From contig CAZGNQ010000001.1 in NCBI GenBank assembly GCA_964527285.1, positions 1 through 39,866 on the forward strand: a stretch of DNA of 39,866 bases, given 5' to 3'. This stretch comes from an uncultured Hyphomicrobiales bacterium (GTDB lineage: Bacteria; Pseudomonadota; Alphaproteobacteria; Rhizobiales; CAZGNQ01). The notes below the pieces were generated by a model, which worked only from the letters and a program-made list of their open reading frames with translations, was not told where the DNA came from and made no database searches. This document shows, in pieces, positions 26,320 to 36,300 of this stretch. The number at the start of each line of letters is the position of its first letter. Position 1 is the first letter of the stretch. A program made the position numbers and the translations under genes.

Positions 26320-27068
26320 CAGCGGTCCACCGTGCCCATGGTGACCGCATTGAAGGCGGCCCCCGCCATGGCGCTGCCACCACGCCGCCCCAGCAGCGTG
26401 ACGCAATCAAGCCCGCGTGGGTTGGCATTCAACTCCGCCTTTGATTCCGCTGCGCCAATGAAACCGACGGGGAACGCAAAAATGCCAGCAGGGCGGGGGC
26501 CTCCCTGGTCGATCCGCTCAAGCAGCGCAAAAAGGGCCGTCGGCGCATTGCCGATCACCACGATCGCACCGCGCAAAAGCGCCCCCCAATGGGACACGGC
26601 CATGGCCGCGCGCGTGGTGCCGGCCGCCCGCGCAGCGGTTGCGACGTCGTGATCGCCGATCAGGCAGTGAATATCATTCCCCTTTGCCAAGCCGCTGGCG
26701 ATCAGCCCATGCTGCACCATGCGTGTGTCCACCAGGACCGGCGCACCAGCCGCAAGTGCTGTCGCTGTCGCCCCGCCCACGTCGCCGTGGAAGCGCATGT
26801 CCTGCGCCACCTCCGGCATGCCGCAGGCGTGGATAACGCGCACGACGATGTCCACTTCAGCGCCTGAGAAGGCCGAGAGATCGGCTTCGCGCCGGATCGT
26901 CTCAAAGGATCGGCGATAAATCTCCGCCGGGTCGCGCACATAGTCGAGGGGCTGCGACGGGAGCAGCGCCGAACCGACCACCTTACCCTCGCCAGACGTC
27001 GGACCGCCAGTCGCCGGATCGTCGGTCGCCGAACCGTCGGACGCCGAACCGGCAGACCTTGGCGTCAC
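26319..27068 (-). CDS. cobH: Precorrin-8X methylmutase (CobH/CbiC) with a short low-complexity N-terminal extension
   Basis: YVRDPAEIYRRSFETIRREADL...VRVIHACGMPEVAQDM...VVIGNAPTALF. The GTG start at 27066-27068 overlaps the cbiX stop (GTGA). Confidence 0.9.
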   Translation of the reverse strand: MTPRSAGSASDGSATDDPATGGPTSGEGKVVGSALLPSQPLDYVRDPAEIYRRSFETIRREADLSAFSGAEVDIVVRVIHACGMPEVAQDMRFHGDVGGATATALAAGAPVLVDTRMVQHGLIASGLAKGNDIHCLIGDHDVATAARAAGTTRAAMAVSHWGALLRGAIVVIGNAPTALFALLERIDQGGPRPAGIFAFPVGFIGAAESKAELNANPRGLDCVTLLGRRGGSAMAGAAFNAVTMGTVDR

Positions 27069-28369
27069 GACATCTCTCCAGCAGCCGGCGTGGGGCCAGG
27101 CGCCGCATGAGGCGCCGGATCAGGCGTCGCATCGGCAGCGTGCCCACGCTGCGGCGCGCGGGACCCGCTCAGCACGCTGCGCGGCCCAAGCGGATGATCG
27201 GCATGCGGGTATGGCGCATGGTGGTGGTGGTCATGGTGATGGTCGTGGCTGTGGCTGTGGTGCCCGTGACCATGGTGCCCATGACTGTGATGGTGGTCAT
27301 GACTGTGAGGGTGGTCATGACTGTGAGGGTGATCATGGCCTGCCACCGCGCCATCGCCAGCCGGCAGGATACGGCACGCCCCCGTGCAGAACGTATCACA
27401 GAGTGTACAATCCTCCACGTTTGAGCCAGTCGCGCTCGCCCCTTGCCCTTCCACGTGGTGATGGTGGCTCTCCTGCGGTGCGCCCACCTCGGCCTCAAAG
27501 CCCAGCACCTGCGCGCGATACTTGCACATCGCACAGTTCATCAGGTTGCTGCCTTCCAGGATCTCGCGCACCCTGTCGGCGAAGGTCTCGATCACGAGCG
27601 GATGGTCGTTCAGGTAACCGGCCTTGACAAAATTAATGTCGGGATATTTCTCCGCAACCGCATCGGTGAAACCGTAAATGCGGTCAATCAGAATGCCTGT
27701 GAAGAGAAAATACGGGAAGACGACGACACGCTTGTAGCCAAGCCGCGCGACGTGCTCCAGGCAGGGCTCGACCAGCGGGAACGTCACGCCGGAGTAGCCC
27801 ACCTCGCACCATCCAAAGCCAAACCCTTCCCACAGCATGCGGGCGATTTTTGAGACGTTGGAATTGGCATCCGGGTCGGATGCGCCGCGGCCGATGACGA
27901 CGAGGCAGACCTCGTGGTTGGCCACGGGCCCGTGCTCGGCGTTGGCGGTGTCGAGCGCGGCCTGGATCCGGTCGCCGGCAGCCCGCAGCATTTTCAGATC
28001 GATGCCCAGTTCGCGGCCATAATCGACCCGCACCCCGGTTTCGGCCTGATACGTGTTGAGCACCGTCGGAATATCGTTCTTGGCATGGCCAGCGGCGAAC
28101 AGCATGCCCGGCACAGCAAGGATGTGCGTCACGTCCCGCGCGCGCAGCGCCTCCAGACCGACACGGATCACCGGGTTGGCGAACTCCAGATAGCCATACT
28201 CGACCGGCCAGTCCGGAAAATGCTCGCGCAGCTTCGTCGCAACGACGCTGAACTCATCGACGGCGGCCTGGGACCGCGAACCATGCCCGCAGACCATGAC
28301 CCCGAACCGCGGCGCGCCGTGCGCGTCAGCGGCTGCATCGGAACGCACTGCAACGCTTGCATCGGACAT
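27065..28369 (-). CDS. cbiX: Long-form CbiX-type class II chelatase (sirohydrochlorin cobaltochelatase-like) with an MxCxxC motif and a very long His-rich C-terminal tail
   Basis: Two CbiX half-domains (MVCGHGSRSQAAVDEF...LAVPGMLFAAGHAKNDIP and VVIGRGASDPDANSNV...VVFPYFLFTGIL). These are followed by NLMNCAMCKYR, then ESHHHHVEG...GHDHPHSHDHPHSHDHHHSHGHHGHGHHSHSHDHHHDHHHHAPYPHADHP. Confidence 0.82.
   Translation of the reverse strand: MSDASVAVRSDAAADAHGAPRFGVMVCGHGSRSQAAVDEFSVVATKLREHFPDWPVEYGYLEFANPVIRVGLEALRARDVTHILAVPGMLFAAGHAKNDIPTVLNTYQAETGVRVDYGRELGIDLKMLRAAGDRIQAALDTANAEHGPVANHEVCLVVIGRGASDPDANSNVSKIARMLWEGFGFGWCEVGYSGVTFPLVEPCLEHVARLGYKRVVVFPYFLFTGILIDRIYGFTDAVAEKYPDINFVKAGYLNDHPLVIETFADRVREILEGSNLMNCAMCKYRAQVLGFEAEVGAPQESHHHHVEGQGASATGSNVEDCTLCDTFCTGACRILPAGDGAVAGHDHPHSHDHPHSHDHHHSHGHHGHGHHSHSHDHHHDHHHHAPYPHADHPLGPRSVLSGSRAPQRGHAADATPDPAPHAAPGPTPAAGEMS
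27292..27338. repeat. Tandem 18-bp repeat GGTGGTCATGACTGTGAG x2 plus a partial third copy, inside cbiX
   Basis: Copies at 27292-27309 and 27310-27327 are identical and encode (HSHDHP)2 on the minus strand. Confidence 0.85.
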
Positions 28370-28385
28370 GGTGGATCAGCCTTAT

Positions 28386-28600
28386 GAACGGTCGGTGGAT
28401 TGGCGCCAGGGTTTGGTCCGCCGCACACCGATGATTTTCAGCTCCTGACGGAGCCCGCGAGCCGCGGCAGTACCACGCTTGCCTCCGATTGCAAGCATAG
28501 GGCTGTCCACGCGCTGCGGCCGAATGACGGAATTGCGACACCGGGACGTCAGCGCCTTGCCGGCGAACACCACGCTTGCCCTCGCGCTGCGCCTCGGCCA
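28386..28600 (-). ncRNA. Candidate structured 5' leader of the cbiX-cobH-cobL-cobI-cobJ-cobM operon; possible divergent cobalamin riboswitch (unconfirmed)
   Basis: The minus-strand RNA contains CCGGUGUCGCAAUUCCG (compare cGGUG..AAuCCg), GCCGCAGCGCGUGGA (compare E. coli btuB GCGCAGCGGUAAGGA), GGUACUGCC (compare GACACUGCC), GGGCUCCGUCAGGAGCUG and ACCCUGGCGCC (B12-box-like). The canonical GGGAA, GCCACUG and AGCCAGGAGACCUGCC motifs are not intact. The location upstream of a cob operon is where such elements usually sit. Confidence 0.35.
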
Positions 28601-28764
28601 CAGAGCCCGGCGGCGGGAACGATGCATTGATCGTCCCGAACAAACGCTGCGGCACACGCCACCCAGAGCGCCCGCCGCCCGGAAGCAAACCCCGCCATCG
28701 CGGCGGCCGAACCTGCGCAATGACGCCTTTTTGTTAACGGGCATCCATCAGGCGACCACACGCG

Positions 28765-28780
28765 ATTCGCACGCGCGAAT
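28765..28780. promoter_or_regulatory. Inverted repeat ATTCGC-acgc-GCGAAT, 27-42 nt upstream of the cobC start
   Basis: Read directly from the sequence. It lies next to an AT-rich stretch (CCTTTTTGTTAACGG) at 28726-28740. Confidence 0.25.
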
Positions 28781-28806
28781 ACACGCATTGATCTGGGGAG
28801 CTTTCC

Positions 28807-29892
28807 ATGCGCCACGGCGGCAGCATCCCGACATCAGCTCCCGACCTGACCACGGCGGGCGCGATACCGGCTGACTGGCTGGACCTGTCGACGGGGATCG
28901 CGCCGACGCCCTACCCGTTCACACCGCCTGCGGCACACACCTGGACGCGCCTGCCGCAGGAAAGCGCCCTCCAGGACCTGCTGGCCGCCGCCCGGCACGC
29001 TTATGGCGCCGCCGCCGACTTGCCCACCATCGCAGCGCCCGGCACCCAGATCCTCATCCAACTGCTGCCAATACTGCGGCCGCAGGCGCGGGTTGCCGTG
29101 GTCGGGCCGACCTATTCAGAGCATGCCATCTGCTGGCAGCGCGCAGGTGCGGACGTTGCCGAGACGCCAACGCTGGAGGCCGCTGTCCAGCTCCTGCTGG
29201 GTGGCAACGCCAATGCAGACGGTAAGCCGCCCGTGATCGTGGTCGGCCAGCCCAACAATCCCGACGGTCGGACATTTCCTCTCGATGAGCTGCGCGCGTG
29301 TGCCAAACGCCTCGCAGCGCGCGGTGGGCTGCTCGTGGTGGACGAGGCCTTTGCCGACACCGCGCCGGAAACAAGCCTTTGTCCAACGCTTGCCACCAGC
29401 GACGACGCCCTGGGGATCGTGGTTCTGCGCTCCTTCGGCAAATTCTATGGCCTCGCCGGCGTGCGGCTCGGTTTCGCCCTTGGGTGCGCAGCGTCAGTGA
29501 GCCACCTTGGCGAGGCCCTTGGACCGTGGGCAGTGCCAGGGCCCGCCATCGCCATCGGCTGCCAAGCCTTGCGGGACGGTGCCTGGGCTCACCACGCCCG
29601 CGCGCGCTACCGCACTCAGGCCGCCGCGCTGGACGATGCCCTGCTGCGCAACGGTCTTGAGATCGTTGGCGGGACCACGCTCTACCGACTGTGCAGCGTG
29701 CCTGACGCGCACGTGATTGCGGAACGCCTCAAGACCGAGGGTGTCCTGGTGCGCTGGTGGCGGGCGTACCCGCACTGGCTGCGCTTCGGCCTCCCCGGCA
29801 CCGGGGACGAGATGGCGCGCCTGTCGTCCGCTTTGGCCGCCGCCATGGCGCGGAGCGCGCCTTCTCCAAATGCCGATGCGGGCGGGCAATGA
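28807..29892 (+). CDS. cobC: L-threonine-O-3-phosphate decarboxylase (CobC in P. denitrificans naming, CobD in Salmonella); class I/II aminotransferase fold
   Basis: MRHGGSIP...WLDLSTGIAPTPYPF...VVGQPNNPDGRTF...LLVVDEAFAD...RSFGKFYGLAGVRLGF. RBS GGGGAG is present. Confidence 0.85.
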   Translation: MRHGGSIPTSAPDLTTAGAIPADWLDLSTGIAPTPYPFTPPAAHTWTRLPQESALQDLLAAARHAYGAAADLPTIAAPGTQILIQLLPILRPQARVAVVGPTYSEHAICWQRAGADVAETPTLEAAVQLLLGGNANADGKPPVIVVGQPNNPDGRTFPLDELRACAKRLAARGGLLVVDEAFADTAPETSLCPTLATSDDALGIVVLRSFGKFYGLAGVRLGFALGCAASVSHLGEALGPWAVPGPAIAIGCQALRDGAWAHHARARYRTQAAALDDALLRNGLEIVGGTTLYRLCSVPDAHVIAERLKTEGVLVRWWRAYPHWLRFGLPGTGDEMARLSSALAAAMARSAPSPNADAGGQ

Positions 29893-30995
29893 TGGAAGCC
29901 TTCGCCGTCGCTTTCGCGCTGAAAGCCATTGTGCTGCTGATCGCAATCCAGCTCGACCGCGCCTTTGGCGAACCGGACTGGCTGTGGTCGCGCGTGCCGC
30001 ACCCGGTGGTGATCATGGGCCGGGTCATTGCCGCCCTTGAGAACGCCATGAACCCCAGGGTCGGTGAGCCTGACCGCAAACGGCCGGCGATCGCGGCGCG
30101 GGTTTCCGGCGTTATCGCCGTCATCGTTATCTGCGCGCTGGCAGTTTTGGCGGGCTGGGCGGTCCTGATGCTGGATGCCGCACTGCTCAGCACTTTTGCC
30201 CTCGACACCATCCACATCATGCCGCTGGGGCCAGGCGATGCAAACGCGCGCATCCCAGGGCCGCTGGAAGTGCTTACGGTCGCCGTACTGCTGGCGGGAA
30301 AATCACTGCGCGAGCATGTTGAGGCCGTCCACCGGGCATTTGCGATCGGTGGCCTGCGGGCGGCACGCACGGCGGTGTCCATGATCGTCGGGCGGGACCC
30401 TGAGACGCTCAACGAGGCGGGCGTGGCGCGGGCTGCCATCGAGACGACGGCAGAGAATTATTCAGACGGGTTCATCGCGCCGGCGTTCTGGTATCTGGTC
30501 GCAGGTCCTGCCGGCATCCTCGTCTATAAGACGATCAACACTGCCGACAGCATGATCGGGCACCGCAGCCCGCGCTATCTCCATTTCGGCTGGGCGGCTG
30601 CGCGTCTCGATGACCTCCTGAACCTCGTGCCCGCGCGCCTATCGGGCCTGCTGATCGCACTGGCTGCGCCAACCGCGAACGCCTCAAGGTCACGGGCTTT
30701 GTCGGTGATGTGGCGCGATGCCGGGCTGCACAAATCGCCCAACGCGGGGTGGCCGGAGGCGGCGATGGCGAGCGTGCTGGGGCTCGCGCTCGCTGGTCCA
30801 CGCACCTATGCCGGAGCGGTCACGGACGATCCGTGGCTGAACGGAAAAGATGGGCGCAGGGACGCCCGGCCGGAGGATATTCACCGCGCGCTTGGCGTAA
30901 CGCAGGCGGCGGACCGATGGGTGATCGGTTTGACCATTTCGGTTGCGCTGGCGTTTGCATCTGTGGCGGTGGCGTTCGCAGTGGCCGGGACCTGA
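29889..30995 (+). CDS. cobD: Adenosylcobinamide-phosphate synthase (CobD/CbiB), membrane protein
   Basis: The ATG at 29889 overlaps the cobC stop (ATGA). AIQLDRAFGEPDWLWSRVPHPVVIMGRVIAALE...SMIVGRDPETL...TTAENYSDGFIAPAFWY...NTADSMIGH...NAGWPEAAMA are CbiB signatures. Confidence 0.9.
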   Translation: MMEAFAVAFALKAIVLLIAIQLDRAFGEPDWLWSRVPHPVVIMGRVIAALENAMNPRVGEPDRKRPAIAARVSGVIAVIVICALAVLAGWAVLMLDAALLSTFALDTIHIMPLGPGDANARIPGPLEVLTVAVLLAGKSLREHVEAVHRAFAIGGLRAARTAVSMIVGRDPETLNEAGVARAAIETTAENYSDGFIAPAFWYLVAGPAGILVYKTINTADSMIGHRSPRYLHFGWAAARLDDLLNLVPARLSGLLIALAAPTANASRSRALSVMWRDAGLHKSPNAGWPEAAMASVLGLALAGPRTYAGAVTDDPWLNGKDGRRDARPEDIHRALGVTQAADRWVIGLTISVALAFASVAVAFAVAGT

Positions 30996-31055
30996 AAGGC
31001 CGGGCCGGTCCGGGCTGTTCAACCTTCACCGCGAGGCCGTCCCCGCACCAAGGCG

Positions 31056-32648
31056 TTACCGTGCGCGCGCCATCGCCATAATGTCATCAATCCGCAGATG
31101 AGCGGCCATGTGGTCGGCGAGCGCATCCAGCGTCTCCTCAACGACGGCGCCATAGGCCATCGCGCCTGCGTCACCTCCGAGCGTCTCCAGGAACGCCGCG
31201 CGGAATGCGTCGCTCTGGAAAATCCCATGGACATACGTGCCGCTCACACGGCCGTCGGCGCTGATGGCACCATCGGGAACGCCACCACCCGGGCCGTCGG
31301 TAGAGCCCACGCCGCTGCGATCGCCCTTTGCGGCGGGCAGAATGGTCAGCAGCGGGCGCTTGGCATCGGTGCCAGCGGTGCGGCCCAGGTGGATCTCGTA
31401 TCCCTCAACGCCCGTGGCCGTCGCCAGATGCCGCCCCCGCACGAGGCGAACGGTCTTGTCCGCCGCCAATTCAGTTTCAACATCCAGGAGGCCAAGCCCT
31501 TGCGTGGAGCGGATCGGCCCTTCGATGCCGCCGGGATCGTGGATGAAACGGCCCAGCATCTGATACCCGCCGCACAAGCCAAGCACATGCCCGCCGCGCC
31601 TGTGATGGGCCTTGATGTCGATGTCCCAACCCTCGCGACGCATGCCCTCCACATCGCTGATTGTGGATTTGGAGCCGGGCAGCAGCACAAGGTCGGCGTC
31701 GAGCGGCAAGGGGCGGCCGGGCGCAATAATCTCCAGACTGACGGTCGGCTCAAGGCGCAACGGGTCCAGATCGTCAAAATTGGAGATGCGACCGATCTGA
31801 GGGACGACGATTTTCAATTTGGCGTCGCTGCGGCGCTGCGGTGCGCGGGCGATATCCAATACATCCTCAGCCGGCAGACGATCCGCCTGGGAGAAAAACG
31901 GCAGGATGCCGAGGCCCTGCCAGCCGGTGCGCTCGGCGATGATGCGCATGCCATCGTCGAAGAGGCTGGTATCGCCGCGGAACTTGTTGATGAGAAAGCC
32001 CTTGATGCGGCGCGCATCACCAGCATTCAGCACCGCCTGCGTGCCGACGAGCGAGGCGATCACGCCGCCGCGATCGATCTCGCCCACCAGGATCACGGGC
32101 ACGTCCGCGGCCTCGGCAAATCCCATGTTGGCGATGTCGCCCGCCCTGAGGTTCACCTCGGCCGGGCTCCCGGCGCCCTCCACCACGACGATGTCTGCCG
32201 CTCGCTCAAGGCGCGCGAAACTCTCCAGAACGCGGGGCAACAACTCCGCCTTGCGCGTGCCGAACTCGCGGGCGCGCATGGTTGCAAAGCGGTGGCCCTG
32301 GACGATCACCTGCGCGCCGGTTTCACTCTGCGGCTTGAGCAGGACGGGGTTCATATCGACGCTGGGCGCGACGCCCGCCGCCAAAGCCTGGAGCGCCTGG
32401 GCGCGGCCAATCTCCCCGCCATCATGCGTCACCGCGGCGTTGTTGGACATGTTCTGAGGCTTGAAGGGCACCACGCGCAGCCCGGCCCTCGCACACAGCC
32501 GGCACAGGCCAGCGACCAGAACGGACTTTCCCACATTCGATCCAGCACCCTGGACCATGATGGCCGGTGTCCGCCTTTCACCAGCCGGGCGACCACCATC
32601 ACCGCGCCCACCAGCCGTGCTCCCGTTGACCGGCGGTTGGTGGCTCAA
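31056..32648 (-). CDS. cobQ: Cobyric acid synthase (CobQ/CbiP)
   Basis: [44 protein letters not shown], plus a C-terminal GATase ([10 protein letters not shown]). The ORF-track start at 32648 is a TTG overlapping the cobO stop. The internal ATG at 32558 (MVQGAGS) is a plausible true start. Confidence 0.9.
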   Translation of the reverse strand: MSHQPPVNGSTAGGRGDGGRPAGERRTPAIMVQGAGSNVGKSVLVAGLCRLCARAGLRVVPFKPQNMSNNAAVTHDGGEIGRAQALQALAAGVAPSVDMNPVLLKPQSETGAQVIVQGHRFATMRAREFGTRKAELLPRVLESFARLERAADIVVVEGAGSPAEVNLRAGDIANMGFAEAADVPVILVGEIDRGGVIASLVGTQAVLNAGDARRIKGFLINKFRGDTSLFDDGMRIIAERTGWQGLGILPFFSQADRLPAEDVLDIARAPQRRSDAKLKIVVPQIGRISNFDDLDPLRLEPTVSLEIIAPGRPLPLDADLVLLPGSKSTISDVEGMRREGWDIDIKAHHRRGGHVLGLCGGYQMLGRFIHDPGGIEGPIRSTQGLGLLDVETELAADKTVRLVRGRHLATATGVEGYEIHLGRTAGTDAKRPLLTILPAAKGDRSGVGSTDGPGGGVPDGAISADGRVSGTYVHGIFQSDAFRAAFLETLGGDAGAMAYGAVVEETLDALADHMAAHLRIDDIMAMARAR

Positions 32649-33313
32649 AACTCAATTCCCGCTTGCGCCTTAACGCCGGAGCGGAATGGATGTTTAATCA
32701 GCGTCATCTCGGTGACGAGGTCCGCGGCGTCCATAAGCGCATCCTTGGCGTTGCGCCCGGTGATGATCACGTGCGTGTCTTCAGGCTTGTGGGCCGCGAG
32801 AAACGACAAAACCTCCTCAACGTCGATGTAATCGTAGCGCAAAGCGATGTTCAGTTCGTCCAGCAGAACCAACCGGATGGCCGGGTCCTCAATGAGCGCC
32901 TTGGCCTTCGCCCAGGCAGCTTGCGCCATCTCGATGTCGCGCTCCTTGTCCTGCGTCTCCCAGGTGAAGCCTTCGCCCATCGCGTAGAACTGACACAGGT
33001 CGGAAAAATGCTCCGCAATGAGCCGTTTTTCTCCGGTGTCCATCGCCCCCTTGATGAACTGCACAACCGCGCACGGCATGCCATGGGCGATGGCGCGAAA
33101 CACCATGCCGAAGGCCGCACTCGACTTGCCCTTGCCCTTCCCGGTGTGGACGATCAGCAAGCCCTTTTCGATGGTCTTGGTGGCCATGATCTTGTCGCGC
33201 GCCACCTTCTTGCGCGCCATCTTGACGTTGTGGCGTGCGGCATCGGCGTCGCCACCGGCCGGCGCCCCGTCGCCCTCGTTCACTTTCGCATCTGACTGCG
33301 GATCATCAATCAT
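32645..33313 (-). CDS. cobO: Cob(I)yrinic acid a,c-diamide adenosyltransferase (CobO/BtuR type)
   Basis: [40 protein letters not shown]...[13 protein letters not shown]...[12 protein letters not shown] overlap with the cobN stop. Confidence 0.92.
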   Translation of the reverse strand: MIDDPQSDAKVNEGDGAPAGGDADAARHNVKMARKKVARDKIMATKTIEKGLLIVHTGKGKGKSSAAFGMVFRAIAHGMPCAVVQFIKGAMDTGEKRLIAEHFSDLCQFYAMGEGFTWETQDKERDIEMAQAAWAKAKALIEDPAIRLVLLDELNIALRYDYIDVEEVLSFLAAHKPEDTHVIITGRNAKDALMDAADLVTEMTLIKHPFRSGVKAQAGIEF

Positions 33314-36300
33314 GTGTTTTCCTCCCGAAGCGGGGCGGTCCGTCCGGCGGACGTCGGCTCACCTCGCACCTCCGCCATGATCTCTTCCAGACGAGCGCGC
33401 GCGGAATTGCGCCGCGGTTTCCAGAAGTCGCGCTCAATCGCCTGGCCAAAGCGCTCCGCCATATCCAGGCAGGCATCTGGATTGTGCTCCATGAGGAACG
33501 TCCGCATCGCAGCATCTTCAATGTAGGCATCGAACAGCGCGTCGAAATGATGCGAGCCGACGGCCCTGGTGGTGGCAGCGAATGCAAAAAGATAATCCAC
33601 CGTGGCGGCCATCTCAAAGGCCCCCTTATAGCCGTGGCGCATCACGCCTGCGATCCATTTGGGGTTGGCCGCCCGCCCGCGCACCACGCGCCCCATTTCC
33701 TCCTCCAGAGGCCGTACGATCGGACGCTCTGGGCGCGAATGGTCATTGTGAAATACCGGAACGGCCGCGCCCTTCACCGCCTCGATGCTCACGGCAAGGC
33801 CACCCTCGAACTGGTAATAGTCGTCGCTGTCGAGAATATCGTGCTCCCGGTTGTCCTGATTGTGGAGCACGGCCTCTGCGCTGCCAAGCCTGGAGCGCAG
33901 AGCCTCTGGCGCAGCCATGCCCTCAGCGCGCTTGCCGTAGATGTATTGCCCCCAGGCGATGTAGGCCTCTGCGAGGTCGCCGCGGTTCTCCCAAATGTCC
34001 TCATCCATGGCGGCCTGGAGCCCCGCCCCATAGGCGCCTGGCTTTGAGCCGAAGACGCGCGCACCGCTCAGGAGATCGGCAGTGGCAGGGTCCATCCCAT
34101 TGCGCTCCATGTGCTCACGCTCGCGGCCCACGCGCAAGGCAAGAGGATTTTCGTTCCCCTCATCCTTCAGGGCCGCGACAGCGCGCGCCGCGGCATCGAT
34201 CAGATCGATCTGGGCAGGAAAGGCATCGCGGAAAAAGCCCGAGACGCGGAACGTCACGTCGACGCGCGGTCGGTTGAGCCGAGAGAGCGGAATGATCTCA
34301 TAGCCTGTGACGCGGCCGGAGTGCGCCTCCCACGTGGGCTTGACCCCCATCAGGGCCAGCGCCTGGGCAATGTCATCGCCGCCTGTGCGCATGTTGGCGG
34401 TGCCCCAGGCGCTCATCGCAATGGCGCGCGGCCAGTCACCGTGGTCCTGAAGATAGCGTTCAATCACGGCCTCGGCGGAGCGACGGCCAAGCTCCCAGGC
34501 GGTCGGCGTCGGCAGCGTACGGCTGTCCAGCGAGAAGAAATTCCTGCCCGTCGGCAACACGTCGGCACGCCCGCGCGTCGGCGCGCCAGACGGCCCCGGC
34601 GACAGGAACCGCCCATCGAGCGCGCGGTGGAGGCCGGCCAGTTCCTGCGGGCCACAGGCATCGAGCCGTGGGGCGATCGTCTGATTGAGACGCTCAAGAA
34701 CAGCCTGCGTGGCTGACCACGTTTGGGCCGGTGGGCGCACGCCCTCGACGAGATCCGCCGCCAGAGCTTCCAGCCGCTCAACGGTGTCGCCCGCGGTCCG
34801 CCATGGATCGTCGGCATCCGCGCACAAAATCTCCGGGCGTGGCCCTGTCCAGAGCGCAGCAAAATCGACATCGAGTGGATCGAAACCGGGGCCGCCGTCG
34901 CCCCAGGCCGCAAGCCCGAGATCGTAGGCCAGTGCCCGCAGCAGCGAGCCTTGAGCCCACACGGCGGATGGCTGCCCATCCCCCGCACCGCGCCCGTGAC
35001 CGTGACCGTGACCGTGACCGTGACGGTCCACGGCGGATGGATCAGGCACGCGCAGGAGTGCAACCAACGTGTCGCGTCGCGCCACGCGTTGCGGGCTTTC
35101 ACCGAACACATGCAGACCATCGCGGATCTGCAATTCCTTCAGATCGCACAGGTGGTTGTCCAGCGTGGCCAACGCGCTTTGGCGGGCCTCGCGGTCGTTG
35201 GTGTTCGGCCCGCCGGCGTGGCGCTTGGGGATTGTCAGCCCGAGATCGCGGGTGATGCCGAGCCGCTCGGCCGTTGCCAGAATTTCATCAGCCAGGACAC
35301 CGGCACGCCGCGCATCAACGGGCGCGGCAGCGTAATATTCATCCGTCAGGACTTCCAGATCGCGCAAGACCCCGTGGCTCTCGGCCCGCGTCATCGGGGG
35401 CGTCATGTGGTCGACAATCACGGCGGACGTTCGCCGCTTGGCCTGGCTGCCCTCGCCCGGATCACTGACGATGAAGGGATAAATATTGGGAAGGCTCGCG
35501 AGCACAGCGTCCGGATAACAATCCTCGCTCAACGCCAGCGCCTTGCCCGGCAACCATTCCAGATTGCCATGTTTGCCCGCATGGATCACGGCATGGGCAT
35601 CGAACGCGGCGCGCACCCAAAGATAGAACGCCAGGTAGTTGTGAGTTGGTACGAGATCGGGATCGTGATAGGTCGCCTTGGGGTCGATGTTGTACCCGCG
35701 TGCGGGCTGGATCGCCACGGCGACGCTGCCGGCGACGACCGCCGGCAGATGGAAAACCCCATCGCGCACCATCGGATCGCTTTCGGGCGCCCCCCAGCGC
35801 TCGGTAACACCTCCTCGGACCGTCAGCGGCAGCGCGGCGAACCGGCGGGTGTATTCATCCAAAGAGAGCACGGGGCGGAGATGGTCACACGGCCCGCTGC
35901 CACGGGCGGGAACTGCCCGGCCCGGGTCAATGCCAGCATTCGTCGGACCGGCAAGCAGGAGAGATATTAATTCATCACCGCTCGCGGGCACGGCCCCGGT
36001 ATCGTAACCGGCCTTGGCCATCGACCGCAGGATTGCCACAACGCTCGCCGGCGTGTCGAGCCCGACACCGTTGCCGATGCGCCCGTCCCGGTTGGGGTAA
36101 TTGGCCAGCACGATGGCCACACGGCGCTCCTCGCGGCGGGTTTCGCGCAAGCGCAACCACCCCTGCACCTGCTCAGCCACGCGAGCGGAGCGGTCGTCGA
36201 TCGCCATCCCACCGACCCGGTGCAGTTGCGTGAGCGGATCGCGTCCCCGGTCGCCCTTGAAGGAAACGGCTCGCGTCAACACCCGCCCGTCCACCTCGGG

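Noticed and set aside
27180-27340. Highly repetitive CAT/GTG-rich DNA here, and similarly at 38920-38990 in cobW, that superficially resembles a repeat array.
   Set aside because: It is fully explained as codons for His-rich protein tails in cbiX and cobW. There is no spacer-repeat organisation, so it is not a CRISPR array.
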